Assembly (NCBI GenBank): GCA_002633005.1
Contig: NMRA01000299.1
Span: 310,001 to 374,000 of the forward strand
Source: Phoronis australis
Lineage: Eukaryota; Animalia; Phoronida
Direction: 5' to 3'
Length of the DNA: 64,000 nt
Under the pieces are notes generated by a model. The model was not told the origin of the DNA. It did no database searches and was given only the letters and a program-made list of their open reading frames with translations. Shown here one piece after another: positions 62,901-64,000 of the stretch; positions within the stretch are counted from its first letter, which is position 1; each line of letters opens with the position of its first letter. The position numbers and the translations under genes are program-made.

Positions 62901-64000
62901 TATTGCACTGTGGTCGTTTTTGAGGAAAGCCATGCCCATGATGATGATGTCAAGCATCTCAAGAAGACTGAATATGTAAAGTGTAAATGTTTTACACAAT
63001 GTCCAGTGTTTGTGTTTGTGGATGATATATTTCAATTTGTGTTTCATTCATGTGTTAGAACTCTTGGACTGGATACCATGTATCTTACTTGGGAAGAGAC
63101 CAGCTGTTTTGATTAAAATTTTTGTCGTATATTTTGTAAAAAGTCGTCATGGAAACCTGATTGGATTATCATCTCACGGGTTGTTGGATGGACAATTTTC
63201 TACCCCCTTTCGAACTTATGTTGTTCAGATAATGACCAGAGTGTTAAAATTTCAAATGGTAATTCAGTACTTAACCATCATGGCTGCTATTGTGTCAGAT
63301 TGTTGATTCAAACCATGCTTTCTCTCTTCATCCCTCCAGCCATTGAAGTGTCTCGCCAGATGCTAGTCTCTCATCTGTTCTCCAGTGATTCTGCTGTTGG
63401 AATTATCTCCTCCGGTCTGTGTCAGATGGTTGAATCGCGCTTCTTCTTTACCAGAGATCTCTTAATACTACAGGTGTTGTTGACTCAAATGGGCAATCAA
63501 GTAAGTCCAGACCATTTGTTTGGAAAAATTCTGTATTTGATATTAAAAAAATCACTGGAAACGAATTGGGACTTCGGTTTTATAAATGTTTATTTTAAAA
63601 AGTGTTCCCATTTTAAGCTCCGAAAATGACATCAGAATGCAAGACTTTCTATTAAGGTGTTTTCAATCTTAACTTCTGGGTTCTGAGAATTAGTTATTTG
63701 TTTCAAACCTTGAAGTGACCTTGTAATTAAGTACCTGTTGGTAGACAAGTGCTGGTTTTAATACTTTCAATTATTATATAAATTGTTTGAACACTAAATG
63801 CAATGTGAGGATGTCCAGCTGAGCTCTTTCAAGTGGCATCATATTTATTTGTCTGGTCAACTTACTGTAACTTTTGAAACTTTGTTACACTAACAAGAAA
63901 TTCAATAACTTGTAGGTTGTGACTTCTGTGTTTTTTGTCATCTTAGGTTGGAGTGGACCTTCGTACCAGTCAGAAAATTGCTTCTGATCTAATACCAACA
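35855..64000 (+). CDS. NUP160: Nuclear pore complex protein Nup160, 5' part (14 exons, runs off window)
   Basis: Spliced exons give RNRFIQWRTS..TLELVEESLD, TVHRLIFPHPSR, ELKQSSVMQRLWTG, CRDHKLRVWS, DPREAY..IFHPGQFS, WSKFYSCCVQYQE, RDLLILQ: collinear with known Nup160, all phases compatible. Confidence 0.96.
36077..37586. mobile_element. P-like MITE (CACAGG termini, 8-bp TSD) hosting a nested foldback element
   Basis: TSD TGTCAGTG at 36069-36076 and 37587-37594. Inverted arms ~37035-37185 and ~37430-37586. Confidence 0.8.
36089..37025. mobile_element. Foldback element with ~280-bp TIRs and 9-bp TSD (Academ- or Mutator-like)
   Basis: TSD AGGGGTCCT at 36080-36088 and 37026-37034. Arms ~36089-36365 and ~36735-37025. 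Confidence 0.8.
37915..38050 (-). mobile_element. Penelope-like element fragment (RT to GIY-YIG linker)
   Basis: GIPYICGLSENLCRTFKQH.../YFKPINNVHGQLVKPKD across a frameshift. Confidence 0.7.
38398..38503 (+). CDS. NUP160: NUP160 exon 2
   Basis: DIAGGFGYSGSGRLQSAVRNRFIQW. Confidence 0.92.
38870..40432 (+). repeat. Array of ~11 GGGTACGTACACTACA motifs with a ~350-bp internal tandem duplication
   Basis: Motif at ~38876, 39234, 39573, 39590, 39761, 39921, 39940, 40105, 40243, 40264 and 40414. Confidence 0.75.
40648..41727 (+). mobile_element. HINE/DINE-1-like element, family 1
   Basis: 5' TTATTATGCGCCCAC hairpin, (CCGT)n microsatellite, internal subrepeats, 3' subTIR GTGGGCGCAT plus hairpin CAACGCTCCGCGTTG. 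Confidence 0.75.
42115..42322 (+). CDS. NUP160: NUP160 exon 3
   Basis: RTSACTLELVEESLD...HPSRLEKN. Confidence 0.93.
44534..44811 (+). CDS. NUP160: NUP160 exon 4
   Basis: VSIFAD...ELKQSSVMQRLWTGLVPAMIR. Confidence 0.93.
45743..45857 (+). CDS. NUP160: NUP160 exon 5
   Basis: GGQESTD...IFAVCRDHKLRVWSCK. Confidence 0.93.
46866..48887. mobile_element. Harbinger-like MITE hosting a Kolobok-like insertion at TTAA
   Basis: TIRs GGGTCTGTTTCATGGAAAGTGACTTAA / TTAAGTCACTTTTCATGAAACAGAGCC. CWG flanks. Confidence 0.65.
46893..48432 (-). mobile_element. Kolobok-like element copy 2 with KolX/P2X7-like remnant (~47520-47870)
   Basis: TTAA|AGG terminus. Inverted homology to 1-900. Confidence 0.7.
49050..49292 (+). 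CDS. NUP160: NUP160 exon 6
   Basis: RLECLISWDLLNYIP...HVSTMFGRN. Confidence 0.9.
50427..50684 (+). CDS. NUP160: NUP160 exon 7
   Basis: DTLVDFCLT...DPREAYTLRIFHPGQFSLQAIAKALN. Confidence 0.93.
51822..51905 (+). CDS. NUP160: NUP160 exon 8 (GC donor)
   Basis: IYHRSAK...LKEQVTTAVENE|gcaagt. Confidence 0.88.
51967..52411 (+). mobile_element. Solo LTR (BEL/Pao- or Gypsy-like), 445 bp
   Basis: TGTTA...TAACA termini. 5-bp TSD GTTGC at 51962-51966 and 52412-52416. Confidence 0.85.
53077..53181 (+). CDS. NUP160: NUP160 exon 9
   Basis: IHSQASEYEVSEDEY...WSKFYSCCVQYQE. Confidence 0.92.
53769..53937 (+). CDS. NUP160: NUP160 exon 10
   Basis: VGSKPLGLF...GMVCVVKK...KYIQ. Confidence 0.9.
55678..57420 (+). 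mobile_element. HINE-like element, family 2 (triplicated 5' hairpin, (TTCTTA)n)
   Basis: TTATTACTCTGC..GCAGAGTA x3. 3' GCGCAGAGT plus hairpin TTGTCACACCGTGACAA and CTAGTT end. Confidence 0.7.
56402..56901 (+). mobile_element. hAT-like MITE with 6-bp TSD
   Basis: CAGGG...CCCTG termini. TSD AAACCT at 56396-56401 and 56902-56907. Confidence 0.85.
57760..58100 (+). pseudogene. HIRAN-like domain fragment, transposon-derived
   Basis: LREKMW/ESIDKYTVSVLKGQAIVVHVPRKISKTFLFFMKIDGSLKCIVT...GLEIP pattern. Confidence 0.55.
58464..58626 (+). CDS. NUP160: NUP160 exon 11
   Basis: DRSLWSQVITLVHC...VDAILRDQG. Confidence 0.85.
59651..59793 (+). CDS. NUP160: NUP160 exon 12
   Basis: ERNVHETMNELQTLVRNLTDIEKAVTVLLELAD... 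Confidence 0.85.
59965..61828 (+). mobile_element. HERO-like RLE non-LTR retrotransposon 3' part (post-RT, CCHC finger, restriction-like endonuclease, 3' UTR), degraded
   Basis: KQGLWLRWD, HDVLPTLANL, CNLC...LHHILNNC, RYTWRHDQVL, RPDIVLWS...LIELAIP, RKRMKY, GWQTVLFPVEVGSRGF. Confidence 0.88.
59976..61408 (+). repeat. 716-bp tandem duplication across a single N (probable assembly overlap)
   Basis: 59976-60691 is repeated at 60693-61408 with about 5 substitutions. N at 60692. Confidence 0.85.
61829..62263 (-). mobile_element. Second solo LTR of the 51967-52411 family, inverted
   Basis: Reverse-complement match along its length. Ends CCTAACA at 62263. Confidence 0.8.
63340..63500 (+). CDS. NUP160: NUP160 exon 13
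   Basis: HLFSSDSAVG...RFFFTRDLLILQVLLTQMGNQ. Confidence 0.92.
63947..64000 (+). CDS. NUP160: NUP160 exon 14 (partial)
   Basis: ttag|VGVDLRTSQKIASDLIPT, open to the window end. Confidence 0.75.

Overview
Eukaryotic (animal, probably non-vertebrate marine deuterostome-like) AT-rich genomic DNA with two spliced housekeeping genes arranged head-to-head about 255 bp apart. SNRPC (U1 snRNP C, complete, 6 coding exons, minus strand, 22207-35601) and NUP160 (plus strand, 14 exons from 35855 running off the window, including one GC-AG intron). The rest is a dense, often nested set of transposon remains: Kolobok-like with a P2X7-ballast/KolX-like pseudogene, P-like with THAP, Academ/Mutator-like foldbacks, Harbinger and 6-bp-TSD hAT MITEs, Helentron/DINE-1-like elements with CTCF-like motif arrays, CR1/L2, Penelope with a hammerhead ribozyme, LTRs, and a HERO-like RLE retrotransposon. 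The most striking observation is an 830-bp insertion (4374-5203) bounded by a perfect 14-bp target-site duplication. It encodes the C-terminal half of a ubiquitin-specific protease (peptidase C19) directly upstream of the same 3' UTR found on the HERO-like retrotransposon at ~60-61.8 kb, suggesting a non-LTR retrotransposon family that carries a deubiquitinase domain. All calls are by eye; no database searches were run.
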